DNA of 64,000 nucleotides, taken from an uncultured bacterium. GTDB taxonomy: Bacteria > Patescibacteriota > Minisyncoccia > Phycocordibacterales > UBA9973. Position 1 is the first letter of the stretch. Each line of letters starts with the position of its first letter. The stretch covers positions 419,310 through 483,309 of the forward strand of contig CAITGV010000001.1 of NCBI GenBank assembly GCA_903892035.1, given 5' to 3'. The notes under the pieces were generated by a model. The model made no database searches. It was not told where the DNA came from and was given only the letters and a program-made list of their open reading frames with translations. Both the position numbers and the translations under genes were made by a program. This document shows positions 1 to 9,965 of this stretch, one piece after another.

Positions 1-1
1 A

Positions 2-793
2 TCTTTAGTTTTCAATGCAGATGGAGCAAAACTCTTTGAAGATATCACAAAAGCAAATATTGGAAAATCTGTAGCAATATTTTTAGATGGTTCACCAATT
101 TCTACTCCAGTTGTACGTGAAGCAATTTCTGGCGGTCAGGCACAAATTTCAGGAAGCTTCACTCCAGACGAAGCAAAACAACTTGTTGGTCGCCTAAACT
201 CAGGAGCTCTTCCAGTTCCAATATCTCTCATTTCAACTCAAACAATCGGTGCAACTCTTGGAGCAAAAGCAATCAATGCTGGCGTGAAAGCTGGAATCAT
301 TGGCCTTCTTGTTATCGCACTCTTTCTTATTTTTTGGTACCGTTTTCCTGGACTCATTGCTGTCATCGCACTTTCAATTTACATTGCAATAATGCTTGCA
401 TTGTTTAAGCTCTTCGGTGTCACTATCACAGCTCCTGGTATTGCTGGTTTTATTATTTCCATCGGTATTGCTGTGGATGCAAATGTTCTTATTTTCGAAC
501 GTATCAAAGAAGAAATTCGTTTGGGTCACAAAGTTGCAGATGGCGTTGCGCAAGGATTTTCTCGAGCGTGGTCATCTATTCGCGATTCCAACATTTCAAG
601 TTTCATTACAGCAATAATTCTTTTCTGGTTCGGAACATCTCTAATCAAAGGATTTGCTTTGACACTTATGATGGGAGTTTTGGTTTCAATGTTCTCAGCT
701 ATCACTGTCAGCCGAATATTTATTCGTGCAAGCAATTTCTGGAAAGAAGGTAAGGTCGCAAGATTTTTATTTAGTTCAGGTTTCAGCAAATAA
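2..793 (+). CDS. secD: Protein translocase subunit SecD (5'-truncated by window)
   Basis: Frame open from position 2; motifs LNSGALPVP, GIAVDANVLIFERIKEE, SIRDSN, IKGFALTL; followed by secF. Confidence 0.96.
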   Translation, partial: SLVFNADGAKLFEDITKANIGKSVAIFLDGSPISTPVVREAISGGQAQISGSFTPDEAKQLVGRLNSGALPVPISLISTQTIGATLGAKAINAGVKAGIIGLLVIALFLIFWYRFPGLIAVIALSIYIAIMLALFKLFGVTITAPGIAGFIISIGIAVDANVLIFERIKEEIRLGHKVADGVAQGFSRAWSSIRDSNISSFITAIILFWFGTSLIKGFALTLMMGVLVSMFSAITVSRIFIRASNFWKEGKVARFLFSSGFSK

Positions 794-798
794 ATTAT

Positions 799-1704
799 AT
801 GTTTATCATCAATCATAAAAAAATATTTATCGGAATTTCAGTTGCTCTTGTTTTGATTTCTGTAATTTTCATTTCAACTTTTGGTTTGAAATTGGGAATT
901 GATTTTAAGGGTGGAGCAATAATGGAAGTTGCTTATACTACCACAGCTCCAGATACAGTCACTTTACAAAATGCAATCAAGCCTCTTGACCTAGGTGGTG
1001 CATTGGTTCAGCCAACAGGGGACACAGGCTATATCATAAAGACTCGTGACCTTACAGAAACAGAAAGAAGTAATTTATTGAAAGCACTTTCTTTGGACAA
1101 TAAATATACGCTTGAAGAAAAGAGTTTTAACTCCATTGGTCCGTCAGTCGGAAGTGAATTAAAACGTAAAGCAATCATTGCTATCATTTTGGTTTCACTT
1201 GCTATCATTATTTTTATTGCTTTTGCTTTCCGAAAAGTTTCAAAACCAGTTTCATCTTGGAGATACGGTTTCATTGCTATTGTGACTTTGCTTCACGACG
1301 TAATGATTCCAATAGGAATTTTTACTGTGCTTTCGCATTTCTACGGCGCTGAAGTTGATACACTTTTCGTAGTCGCTGTGCTTACCGTACTTGGTCTCTC
1401 TGTTTCTGATACTATCGTTGTTTTCGATCGTATTCGAGAAAATTTGAAGAGCCACGTAGGAAAAGATTTTTCTGAAACAGTCGGAACAAGTATCAAACAA
1501 GTTTACACTCGATCAATAAATACATCTCTTACTGTTATTCTTGTACTCCTTTGTTTGTTCTTCTTTGGACCAGTAAGTACAAAATATTTCGCTCTTATGA
1601 TGACAGCCGGAATGTTTTTCGGAACGTATTCTTCAATTTTCCTAGCGAGTCCTTTACTCGTAGCTGTAGAAGGTTGGCAAAAAAATAAAACAAAAAAGAA
1701 GTAA
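799..1704 (+). CDS. secF: Protein translocase subunit SecF
   Basis: LGIDFKGG, IGPSVGSEL, DTIVVFDRIREN, GTYSSIFLASP. Confidence 0.97.
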   Translation: MFIINHKKIFIGISVALVLISVIFISTFGLKLGIDFKGGAIMEVAYTTTAPDTVTLQNAIKPLDLGGALVQPTGDTGYIIKTRDLTETERSNLLKALSLDNKYTLEEKSFNSIGPSVGSELKRKAIIAIILVSLAIIIFIAFAFRKVSKPVSSWRYGFIAIVTLLHDVMIPIGIFTVLSHFYGAEVDTLFVVAVLTVLGLSVSDTIVVFDRIRENLKSHVGKDFSETVGTSIKQVYTRSINTSLTVILVLLCLFFFGPVSTKYFALMMTAGMFFGTYSSIFLASPLLVAVEGWQKNKTKKK

Positions 1705-1725
1705 TTATTAATTAATAATTTATTT

Positions 1726-2721
1726 ATGAATAAAAAAAATTCGTTCATAGTGCTCGCAGTGGTTGTGGTAGCGCTTCTTGTGTGTGGAGTAACTGGTGTA
1801 TTTGCAAATTTTCAATCACCTAGTACAGTGCTTAAAAAAATGGCAGCAAATATGAGTAAGGTAAATGCCAAGACAGAAAATATCGATGCAGAACTTGCGA
1901 TGGATATTTCTACAGCTTCAAAAAAAGCTGGCGGAGCTCCAACGACAGTTAAACTTACTGGTTCATTTGTAGGCAAGGTTGATAGTAATGATGAAAAGAA
2001 TCCAAAAATGGATTCAGTACTTACTATAAATGTTACGAGTCCAGATTTTGGTGCAGTTAGCGGTACTTTTGATTTTAAAAGTATTGCTGATGCAACTTAT
2101 ATAAAAGTTGAAGATGCACATTTGCCAGCTTTTCTTCCAATAGATATTACTCCACTAAAAGGAGTATGGATGAAACTCGATACTGCAGATTTAAAGAAAT
2201 TACCTAGTGGAGCTGATTCGTTGGCAAGTAAAATTACACCAGAAGAAAAACAACAAGTTCTAGATTTATTTAAGGATCAAAAAATATTTACAAATTTAAC
2301 TCGTCTTCCAAGTGAAAAAATTGATGGAATAAATACTTTCCATTTCCAATTTGGAATTGATAAAGAAGCTTTAAAGGCGTTAATTTTGAAAATTACGGAA
2401 TTACAAAAGGCACATGCAAGTGCTACAGATAAAACACCAATTCCTACTGCTGATGAAATGAATAAAACTTTCGACGGTGTAACATTCAACAAAGGAGAAT
2501 TTTGGATTGGGAAAAATGATTATATGCCGTACAAAGCATCAATCGACTTTTCTATCGCAGATCCAAAGTCACCAGGAGATAGTGGTCACTTTGTTGTAAG
2601 TCTTTCTATGAAAGATTTTGGAAAGCCAGTAACAATTGAAGCTCCTACTGATGCAAAAGATTTCAAGACAGTTTTTGGAAACTTTATGGCGGGACTTGGA
2701 ATGGGCGCACCAACTAGATAA
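1726..2721 (+). CDS. Membrane-anchored exported protein (possible LppX/LolA-like beta fold)
   Basis: N-terminal hydrophobic anchor; C-terminal DFGKPVTIEAP pattern typical of this kind of protein. Confidence 0.55.
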   Translation: MNKKNSFIVLAVVVVALLVCGVTGVFANFQSPSTVLKKMAANMSKVNAKTENIDAELAMDISTASKKAGGAPTTVKLTGSFVGKVDSNDEKNPKMDSVLTINVTSPDFGAVSGTFDFKSIADATYIKVEDAHLPAFLPIDITPLKGVWMKLDTADLKKLPSGADSLASKITPEEKQQVLDLFKDQKIFTNLTRLPSEKIDGINTFHFQFGIDKEALKALILKITELQKAHASATDKTPIPTADEMNKTFDGVTFNKGEFWIGKNDYMPYKASIDFSIADPKSPGDSGHFVVSLSMKDFGKPVTIEAPTDAKDFKTVFGNFMAGLGMGAPTR

Positions 2722-2794
2722 TAAAATATTTTTGTGGTATAATAGTGACACTGCTGTAAAAGGTAGTGTTACTATTAATTTATACTAAAAATAT

Positions 2795-3370
2795 ATGATG
2801 ATTCCACTTATAATTCTCGCAGTCTTAGTTCTCTATGTTATTTTTTCTTTCAATGGTCTGGTCACACTTCGCAATCGCGCAAAAGAAGCATGGGCAGATA
2901 TAGATGTTCAGCTTAAGCGCCGTTATGATTTGATTCCAAATTTGGTGAATACAATCAAAGGTTCAACAAATTTTGAACAAGAAACACTTACTCGTGTCGT
3001 AGAAGCTCGCGCAAAAGCAACTTCAATACAAGTTGATCCAAGTAAAGTAGATGCAAATACAATGAAAATGCTCTCTGCTTCACAGGGTGAACTTTCTAGT
3101 GCCCTTGGTCGCCTTATGGTTGTGTCTGAACAATATCCAGATTTAAAATCAAGTGCAAATTTCTTGGCTCTTCAAAACGAACTTTCAGATACAGAAAATA
3201 AAATTCAAGCTGCTCGCCGTTTTTACAATGGCAATGTTCGTGACCTAAACACAAAGACAGAAGTTTTCCCTTCAAATGTAATTGCAAATATGTTTAATTT
3301 TACAAAAATGGAATTCTTTGACCTCGGCACCGACGACGCAGCAAAGAATCCTGTCGAAGTTAAATTCTAA
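2795..3370 (+). CDS. lemA: LemA family protein
   Basis: AWADIDVQLKRRYDLIPNLV, YPDLKS, ARRFYNGNV, FPSNVIA. Confidence 0.96.
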   Translation: MMIPLIILAVLVLYVIFSFNGLVTLRNRAKEAWADIDVQLKRRYDLIPNLVNTIKGSTNFEQETLTRVVEARAKATSIQVDPSKVDANTMKMLSASQGELSSALGRLMVVSEQYPDLKSSANFLALQNELSDTENKIQAARRFYNGNVRDLNTKTEVFPSNVIANMFNFTKMEFFDLGTDDAAKNPVEVKF

Positions 3371-3382
3371 TTAAAAAATTTT

Positions 3383-4147
3383 ATGGATATATTAATGTAT
3401 GTAATCATAGCAGCCGTAGTTATATTATTTAGTTCACTTCGTATTTTAAAAGAATACGAAAGGGGAGTTGTTTTCTTTTTGGGAAAAGCAACAGGTGTTC
3501 GCGGTCCGGGTCTTATAATTCTCGTTCCAATTTTTGAAAAGATGACCAGAGTGATGCTTCGCACAGTCACAATGAACATTCCATCACAGAAAATTATTAC
3601 CAAAGACAATGTGTCTATCGACATCGCTGCTGTAGCTTACTATCACGTCGTGGATTCAATGAAAGCTGTTATTTCTATCGAAGACGTTTACAGTGCAGTA
3701 AATCAAATTAGTCAGACGACAGTGCGAAATATTGTCGGACAATTTAGTCTAGATCAATTGCTTTCACAAACATCTGATATCAATACTCAAATTAAAAATG
3801 TCATCGATGCGCACACAGAGCCATGGGGAGCAGAGGTGACTGCTGTAGAAATAAAAGACATTACTCTTCCAGACAATATGCAACGTGCAATGGCTAAAGA
3901 AGCCGAAGCAGAGCGTGAACGTCGCGCGAAGATAGTCGCAGCAGAAGGTGAATTTCAAGCTGCAGTGAAGCTTGGAGAGGCTGCAGACATCATCTCACAG
4001 CACCCTGTCGCTCTTCAGCTTCGCACACTTCAGACAATGTCTGAAATTGCTACAGAAAAAAATTCAACAATTATTTTCCCTGCGCAATTTATGACTACAG
4101 TTCAAGAAGCAATGAAGATGATTAAAACAGATAATATAAATAAATAA
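3383..4147 (+). CDS. SPFH/band 7 (slipin, stomatin-like) protein
   Basis: [41 protein letters not shown]. Confidence 0.93.
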   Translation: MDILMYVIIAAVVILFSSLRILKEYERGVVFFLGKATGVRGPGLIILVPIFEKMTRVMLRTVTMNIPSQKIITKDNVSIDIAAVAYYHVVDSMKAVISIEDVYSAVNQISQTTVRNIVGQFSLDQLLSQTSDINTQIKNVIDAHTEPWGAEVTAVEIKDITLPDNMQRAMAKEAEAERERRAKIVAAEGEFQAAVKLGEAADIISQHPVALQLRTLQTMSEIATEKNSTIIFPAQFMTTVQEAMKMIKTDNINK

Positions 4148-4148
4148 T

Positions 4149-4640
4149 ATGAAAAATAATTCAAATAAAATAATAATAGGTTTGTTGGTTGTGGTAATAA
4201 TAATTCTTGCTTATGTGGCATTTAGTAGAAATGCGCAAGCACCAGAAAATGGTGAAAATAATGTGGCAATCACTCCACCAGTAAATGAAATAATGCCAAA
4301 AGATGGAGTGTTGGGAAATAAAGATGATTTAATTTCTTTTTCTACTTGGCCAGGTTCAAAAGTTTCAGGAATTTTGTCATACAGAGGAGTATTGCAAGGC
4401 GGGTACTTTTTTGAAGGAAATGTTGTAGTTAAAATATTAGATGCAAATAAAAATGTTTTAAAGACAAGCAATGCAGTTGCGAAAAGTGATTGGATGTCAT
4501 CTGGACCAGTAAATTTCGAAGGAAATATTGATTTTACAGGTCTTGCAAAAGGTCTAGGATTTATTGAAATTCATAATGACAATCCTTCTGGACTTCCACA
4601 AAATGATAAAAGTATTTTGATTCCAGTTGTTATACAGTAA
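4149..4640 (+). CDS. Membrane-anchored protein with Gmad2-like Ig domain
   Basis: N-terminal TM; YFFEG..V.ILD, DWM, DNPSGLP motifs. Confidence 0.7.
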   Translation: MKNNSNKIIIGLLVVVIIILAYVAFSRNAQAPENGENNVAITPPVNEIMPKDGVLGNKDDLISFSTWPGSKVSGILSYRGVLQGGYFFEGNVVVKILDANKNVLKTSNAVAKSDWMSSGPVNFEGNIDFTGLAKGLGFIEIHNDNPSGLPQNDKSILIPVVIQ

Positions 4641-4644
4641 ATAA

Positions 4645-5538
4645 ATGGCGACGCTATATACTCACCAAAGTGAAAATGTGCACAAGACCTGGATGCTAAT
4701 GACCATGTTTTTTATCCTTACCATAGCGCTCGGTTGGGTATTTTCAATGTACTTTCATAATACTTTAATACTCGTCGTCTTTGTCGCAATTTCAGTAGTA
4801 ATGAATGTCGTATCGTATTGGTATTCAGACAAAGTTGTCATTAGTCTTTCTGGTGCGACTTCTGCCGATGGCGCTCAATATCTAGAGCTAAATCGTATTG
4901 TTGAAAATCTTTGCATTACTGCTGGACTTCCAAAACCAAAAGTCTATGTGATAGAGGATCCCGCTCCAAATGCTTTCGCAACAGGTAGAGATAAAAATCA
5001 CTCTGCTCTCGCTGTGACAACAGGGCTTCTTGAAATAATGGATAAAAATGAACTTGAGGGTGTCATTTCTCACGAGCTTTCGCATGTGGGAAATCGCGAT
5101 ATGCTTGTGTCCACTGTTGCCGTCGTTCTTGCAGGAACAATATCGATTGCTTCGCAATTTTTTCTTCGCTCTTTAATTTTTGGTGGTAGACGAAGTAATG
5201 ATAGGGAAGAAGGTGGTGGAGTTTTTATGATTGTCGGAATTGTTCTTGCAATTCTTGCGCCAATTTTTGCAATGCTTGCTCAGTTTGCAATTTCCCGCAA
5301 ACGTGAATTTCTCGCCGATGCTTCCGGCGCACTCCTTACTCGCTACCCCGAAGGCCTCGCTTCTGCTCTCGCGAAGCTCGGCAAATACAGCGCTCCAATG
5401 CAACGTCAGTCATCAGCCATCGCTCATCTCTACATCGCCGATCCCTCAGGTGGTGAAAAAATCCCATGGGCGACAAAACTTTTCATGACCCACCCGCCGA
5501 TAGCGGATAGAATTGCAGCATTGACTGGAAAACGGTAG
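4645..5538 (+). CDS. htpX: M48 family zinc metalloprotease HtpX
   Basis: PNAFATG, HELSH zinc motif, SRKREFLAD, THPP. Confidence 0.95.
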   Translation: MATLYTHQSENVHKTWMLMTMFFILTIALGWVFSMYFHNTLILVVFVAISVVMNVVSYWYSDKVVISLSGATSADGAQYLELNRIVENLCITAGLPKPKVYVIEDPAPNAFATGRDKNHSALAVTTGLLEIMDKNELEGVISHELSHVGNRDMLVSTVAVVLAGTISIASQFFLRSLIFGGRRSNDREEGGGVFMIVGIVLAILAPIFAMLAQFAISRKREFLADASGALLTRYPEGLASALAKLGKYSAPMQRQSSAIAHLYIADPSGGEKIPWATKLFMTHPPIADRIAALTGKR

Positions 5539-5550
5539 TATAAAATATTT

Positions 5551-5637
5551 GGAGGATTCGCATAGCGGTCTAGTGCGCACGCTTGGAAAGCGTGTGTGGG
5601 TAAAACCACCAGGAGTTCGAATCTCCTATCCTCCGCC
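5551..5637 (+). tRNA. tRNA-Ser(GGA)
   Basis: Acceptor GGAGGAT/ATCCTCC, anticodon arm CACGC-TTGGAAA-GCGTG, long variable arm, TTCGAAT T-loop. Confidence 0.95.
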
Positions 5638-5671
5638 CTCGCTTATAATAAGATATTGAACTAGAAAAATT

Positions 5672-6136
5672 ATGACCACATACAAACACACTCAAATTGG
5701 ATACCTGATGTTATTTATTACGCTAATTCTTTGTGTAATTTTTGGATGGATTTACATTTCTGCTTCAAATGAATTTCCGTCAATAAATTCGGGTCCAAAT
5801 TTTGTTTTTTCTACAATAATGGTATTGATATTATTTATTCTTATATCTTTCTCTACTCTCACTGTTTCACTCGATGAGAAAAATATCCGTATAAAATTTG
5901 GTTATGGAATTTTTAGCAGGAATTTTGAATTGAATCAAATAGCTTCAGCTCACGCAGTAAAAAATCATTGGTATTATGGATGGGGAATAAGATTTTGGCT
6001 TTGGCCAAAAATGTGGATTTATAATGTTTCAGGTTTTGATGCAGTTGAAATAATTATGAAAAACGGAAAAGTGTATCGCATAGGCATCGACACCCCAAAA
6101 GAACTCGAAACTGCACTTAAGAAATCTATACAATAA
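5672..6136 (+). CDS. Hypothetical membrane protein (two TM helices plus soluble domain)
   Basis: ORF track; hydrophobic N-half, YGWGIR motif. Confidence 0.75.
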   Translation: MTTYKHTQIGYLMLFITLILCVIFGWIYISASNEFPSINSGPNFVFSTIMVLILFILISFSTLTVSLDEKNIRIKFGYGIFSRNFELNQIASAHAVKNHWYYGWGIRFWLWPKMWIYNVSGFDAVEIIMKNGKVYRIGIDTPKELETALKKSIQ

Positions 6137-6176
6137 AAAAGAGCAAGCCATTTCTGACTTGCCCTTAATTTTTAAT

Positions 6177-6368
6177 TCAGTACCACCACATTAATGGAGT
6201 TCGATTTTGATTTTCAAGAAATGATTTCTTCTCCATCTCTTTTGTAAGTTTGATAAAGCAATATTTACAATATGGTAATGTTGCCTCTCTTTTTTTATCG
6301 ATACTGTCTTCCATTCTTGGGTAAACCCATTCATGTTTACTTGTTTGCGATTTTTTACATTCTTCCAT
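6177..6368 (-). CDS. Small hypothetical protein with C/H..CxxC
   Basis: 63-aa ORF, A-rich leader, HEW and CKYC. Confidence 0.5.
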   Translation of the reverse strand: MEECKKSQTSKHEWVYPRMEDSIDKKREATLPYCKYCFIKLTKEMEKKSFLENQNRTPLMWWY

Positions 6369-6439
6369 TTTCTAATTTATTTAATTATTTATTTATATTT
6401 TTTTAAAGAACTTTTCCTACTAATGACGAAAAATAGTTT

Positions 6440-6471
6440 CTGAAGGTGAAAGTATTTCATTTCACCTTCAG
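6440..6471. terminator. Stem-loop between two small minus-strand ORFs
   Basis: CTGAAGGTGAAA ... TTTCACCTTCAG inverted repeat. Confidence 0.55.
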
Positions 6472-6484
6472 TGCTATTTACCAC

Positions 6485-6718
6485 TTAGCAGTGATCACCG
6501 GAAGTATTTCCTAAATAAGGAACAACTTCTTTAATCACTACAACATTCATTTCTGAACCGGGACAAATTTTATCCCGTACATTTCTAAAATGAACATTTT
6601 CATCGCGATCTATAAAACTTGTTACTTTATGTTTAACAAATTTAAATAAACCACTTTTGTTTTCAGTTTCCTGAATTTCAACTCTTTGTCCACATTCTGG
6701 ACACTTATATTCCTTCAT
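6485..6718 (-). CDS. Small zinc-ribbon-like hypothetical protein
   Basis: CPECG ... H ... CPGS. Confidence 0.6.
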   Translation of the reverse strand: MKEYKCPECGQRVEIQETENKSGLFKFVKHKVTSFIDRDENVHFRNVRDKICPGSEMNVVVIKEVVPYLGNTSGDHC

Positions 6719-6838
6719 TTTATTTTTTCCAGCGCTCGCGATAGCAAGCTTTCCCGTCCTTTGGCGGTTGATATACTGGATATTTTTTTAATGAACAAAT
6801 TAATTTTGTTTACGATTTTGAAATAGGTACGTAAACTT

Positions 6839-6872
6839 AAAACCCCTTCGCCCGAGCGGGGAAGGGGTTTTC
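6839..6872 (-). terminator. Intrinsic terminator downstream of yerC-like gene
   Basis: AAACCCCTTC-GCCCGAGCGGG-GAAGGGGTTT hairpin with A/T tails. Confidence 0.7.
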
Positions 6873-6886
6873 TTCGAAATGTATAT

Positions 6887-7273
6887 TTACGAATACAAAG
6901 ACAACCCTTTCCCAGCTGGAGCGTGGATATGGGTATGATGCCCGCCTGCAGAAGTATTTCGGGCAGGTATGCGATTTAATACTAAGCGGTAGCCACCAAG
7001 AGGCCCTTTGAGCCACTTTGCAATGCGGGCGATAGTAGTAGAAGAAAGGCCAGTTTTGTCGCTTATAGAGCTGTATTGAGCGTCACGCGAGAGAAGGCGA
7101 GCGGCTTCGAGTCGATTGCCAAATTCATTGATTTCTTGGGGTGTCATAAGGTCGCGCATAAAAATCTTTGCTTCACCGGCATTTTTAAGAGAAAGAAGGG
7201 CGTCGACAAGTTGCCTTGCTTCTTTGCCATTCCAATTGATTTCTATAGTTTTTTTCTCGTTTTTATCTGACAT
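6887..7273 (-). CDS. YerC/YecD (TrpR-related, HisR-like) transcriptional regulator
   Basis: FMRDLMTPQEI...RLEAARLL...Y..I...TGLSSTTIARIAKWL...GGY. Confidence 0.9.
   Translation of the reverse strand: MSDKNEKKTIEINWNGKEARQLVDALLSLKNAGEAKIFMRDLMTPQEINEFGNRLEAARLLSRDAQYSSISDKTGLSSTTIARIAKWLKGPLGGYRLVLNRIPARNTSAGGHHTHIHAPAGKGLSLYS
6938..6970 (-). repeat. In-frame palindromic element in yerC-like gene (IPARNTSAGGH)
   Basis: Minus strand ATACCTGCCCGAAATACTTCTGCAGGCGGGCAT, GC-rich and self-complementary, just after the conserved domain. Confidence 0.55.
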
Positions 7274-7278
7274 ATCTC

Positions 7279-7316
7279 GACTTTAGCAAACTAAAGTACT
7301 TTAGTCAAGTAAAGTA
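7279..7316. promoter_or_regulatory. Two overlapping palindromic operators ACTTTA-N6-TAAAGT upstream of the yerC-like gene
   Basis: GACTTTAGCAAACTAAAGTA (7279-7298) and TACTTTAGTCAAGTAAAGTA (7297-7316), starting 5 nt upstream of the ATG. Confidence 0.75.
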
Positions 7317-7371
7317 GAAAGATACCTGTGGATAAATTGTTTTTAGCTAGTGATTGGACTATAATATAAAG

Positions 7372-8457
7372 ATGCCTCTACGTAAGACTTTTATCATATT
7401 TTCCCTAGTAATATTTTTTGCATTTGGGAATGTTGGATATACATTTGCAGATGTAAGTTTAAAGCCAGACGAAATGGTAAAGATTTTTTACTATGTGGAA
7501 ACAAATAGTGCTTATAAATCACTTAGAGATAATATTTCCAAGGTCTCAGTGGTGGCGCCTCAAGCATATTCAATAAATGCTTATGGTACTTTTTCTGGTT
7601 TACTTTCAAAACGATTGAAAAAACTTTTGGCCGACAATCCAAATGTGAAAGTGATGCCCCTAGTGATGAATAGCAATTTCAATCAAAACAGCGTTCATTT
7701 ATTTTTGAAAAATAATAAAGCAGAAGATTTGGCAATTAGTAAAATGGTGGCCTTTGCGCAAAAAAATAATTTTTCAGGTTTTCAATTAGACTTTGAACAT
7801 ATGAGTTTTTCAGATCGTGATGCTTATTCTACGTTTGTAGAAAAAGTTGGAAGTGCGTTTCATCAAAACAATCTTACTCTGTCTGTTGCCGTTGCTCCAA
7901 GGCAATCTGAAAAACCTGCAGATTATCCAAAAAATTCTTTTGCAAATTGGAGCGGAGTTTTTGATTATAAAAGAATAGGAGACGCGGCTGACTTCGTCAC
8001 GCTAATGGCTTACGATGAACCAAATGTAAATGGACCAGTGGCTTCAATTGGTTGGGTACGTCAGTCTGTGGATTATGTGCTCTCATTTATTGATGCAAAA
8101 AAAGTTTCTCTCGGGCTTCCGTTTTATGCGTGGACTTGGCATGAAAGTACAGGAAAACGAATCGCAATTTCTGGATGGAAAAATGTCGCAAATATTTTAG
8201 CAAAAAATAAAACAAAATCAGGTTGGGACAGTGAGCTTGGAACTTCATGGATTACTTACAATGGAGCACGAGGAAAATATAAAATTTGGTATGAAGATTA
8301 TAAAAGTTTTGATGCAAAATTGGCTTTAGTTCAAGAAAAAAAGTTGCAAGGTTTTTCGGCTTGGATGCTTGGTCTTGAGGATCCAAAAATTTGGACTGCG
8401 ATGGATTCTACAAATGTTGCGACATTTCCTATTGCACTCGCGGAAAACACTCGATAA
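7372..8457 (+). CDS. Glycoside hydrolase family 18 protein, exported
   Basis: Signal peptide; GFQLDFE catalytic motif, LMAYDE, GLPFY, AWMLGLED; start moved to ATG 7372, 6 nt after TATAAT. Confidence 0.88.
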   Translation: MPLRKTFIIFSLVIFFAFGNVGYTFADVSLKPDEMVKIFYYVETNSAYKSLRDNISKVSVVAPQAYSINAYGTFSGLLSKRLKKLLADNPNVKVMPLVMNSNFNQNSVHLFLKNNKAEDLAISKMVAFAQKNNFSGFQLDFEHMSFSDRDAYSTFVEKVGSAFHQNNLTLSVAVAPRQSEKPADYPKNSFANWSGVFDYKRIGDAADFVTLMAYDEPNVNGPVASIGWVRQSVDYVLSFIDAKKVSLGLPFYAWTWHESTGKRIAISGWKNVANILAKNKTKSGWDSELGTSWITYNGARGKYKIWYEDYKSFDAKLALVQEKKLQGFSAWMLGLEDPKIWTAMDSTNVATFPIALAENTR

Positions 8458-8472
8458 TAGTATAATAGTTTG

Positions 8473-9111
8473 ATGTATTTATTGGCCATTTTAAAAGGCA
8501 TTTTTGCAGGCTTTCTCATAAGCTTACCCACAGGTCCTGCTGCATTTCTTACAATAAAACGCACAATTTCAAGTGGTTTTAAGACCGGAATGGTTTCAGC
8601 TTTGGGTTGTATGGCATCGGATATGGCATACGGAAGTGTGGTTATTTTTGGACTTAGTTCAATAGCGCTTTTTATGTTGCATTGGCAACAACATATTCGT
8701 TTCGCTGGAGGAATATTATTGCTTTATGTCGGTATCACGACATATCACAGTATTAAAAGACAAGATTGGGGAAAGAAAATTCTCGGTAATAAAAATTTTG
8801 GAGATTTTGCTAGTGCTTTTTTTCTCACTGTTACAAATCCAATTCAAATTTTGACTTTCGCAATTGTCTTTGGAAGTGTCGGCGCAATTTCTGGAAGTCA
8901 TTTGATGTCTTCATTGTTTATCGGTGGATTACTTTTTGGTGCTTTGCTTTGGTGGATTATTACAAATGCTTTCATTTCAAAATATGCACGACACTGGAGT
9001 GAACATACTCAAACAATTATAAACAAAATTGCAGGAGCAGTAATAAGCATCACAGGTGTCGTGGCGCTTGTAAGTGTTATCTGTTACTTTATAAATACAC
9101 ATTGGAGATAA
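8473..9111 (+). CDS. LysE family translocator
   Basis: LPTGP, G...SD..YG, FFLTVTNP; multiple TM helices. Confidence 0.88.
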   Translation: MYLLAILKGIFAGFLISLPTGPAAFLTIKRTISSGFKTGMVSALGCMASDMAYGSVVIFGLSSIALFMLHWQQHIRFAGGILLLYVGITTYHSIKRQDWGKKILGNKNFGDFASAFFLTVTNPIQILTFAIVFGSVGAISGSHLMSSLFIGGLLFGALLWWIITNAFISKYARHWSEHTQTIINKIAGAVISITGVVALVSVICYFINTHWR

Positions 9112-9112
9112 T

Positions 9113-9940
9113 ATGAAAAAACTAATAAATAATAAAGCAAAAATCGGAATATTTGATTCAGGGCTTGGGGGGCTTTTTACCATGAAGGCTATTGCAAAAG
9201 AATTGCCGGAATATGACTATGTGTATTTGGGAGATACAAAAAGACTTCCATACGGTTCTCGCTCTCACGAAGTCATTTACCAATTTCTCAAAGAAGGTGT
9301 AGATTTTCTTTTTTCAAAAGATTGCGCAATCATTATCGTTGCGTGCAATACGGCCTCAGCTGAAGCTTTGCGACAAATTCAAAAAGAATATTTACCAAAA
9401 GCGTATCCAGACAGAAAAGTTTTAGGTATGATCGTGCCAATGACAGAAGCATGTAATGAATTTAAAAATGTCGGTCTTGTGGCTACTGGTGCGACAATTG
9501 CTTCTGGTGCATACCCGCGCGAATTTAAAAAAAGAAATCCAAAAACAAAAATTATAGGTCTCGCTACTCCGCTTCTTGTACCAATAGTTGAATCAGGTGA
9601 GAAAAAATGGATTAAGCCAGTTCTTGCCGAATATATGAAATTTTTAAAAAATAAAAAAATTGATGCTTTACTTTTGGGTTGTACGCATTATGCAATTTTT
9701 AAAAAAGAATTTAGTGTATTGTTGCCCAAAGGTGTAACTATAATTTCTCAAGATGTTGTTGTTCCAAAAAAGGTAAAAAACTACCTTTCTCGCCATAAAG
9801 AAATTTCTGACATTCTTTCGTTTACTAAGCATGGCGGAAAAATGGAATTCTATGTTACAGACACAACTACAAATTTTCAAAAGATGGCAAACCTCTGGTT
9901 TGGCAAGAAAATATCTATAAAAAAAGTCGTTATCGAATAA
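9113..9940 (+). CDS. murI: Glutamate racemase
   Basis: IFDSGLGG, PYG, VACNTAS, LGCTHY. Confidence 0.97.
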   Translation: MKKLINNKAKIGIFDSGLGGLFTMKAIAKELPEYDYVYLGDTKRLPYGSRSHEVIYQFLKEGVDFLFSKDCAIIIVACNTASAEALRQIQKEYLPKAYPDRKVLGMIVPMTEACNEFKNVGLVATGATIASGAYPREFKKRNPKTKIIGLATPLLVPIVESGEKKWIKPVLAEYMKFLKNKKIDALLLGCTHYAIFKKEFSVLLPKGVTIISQDVVVPKKVKNYLSRHKEISDILSFTKHGGKMEFYVTDTTTNFQKMANLWFGKKISIKKVVIE

Positions 9941-9965
9941 TTAACCCTTATGTTAAAATAGGCTT

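Noticed and set aside
6728-6780. Hammerhead ribozyme call
   Set aside because: The topology is similar but CUGANGA and the NUH cleavage triplet are missing; kept only as an unclassified structure.
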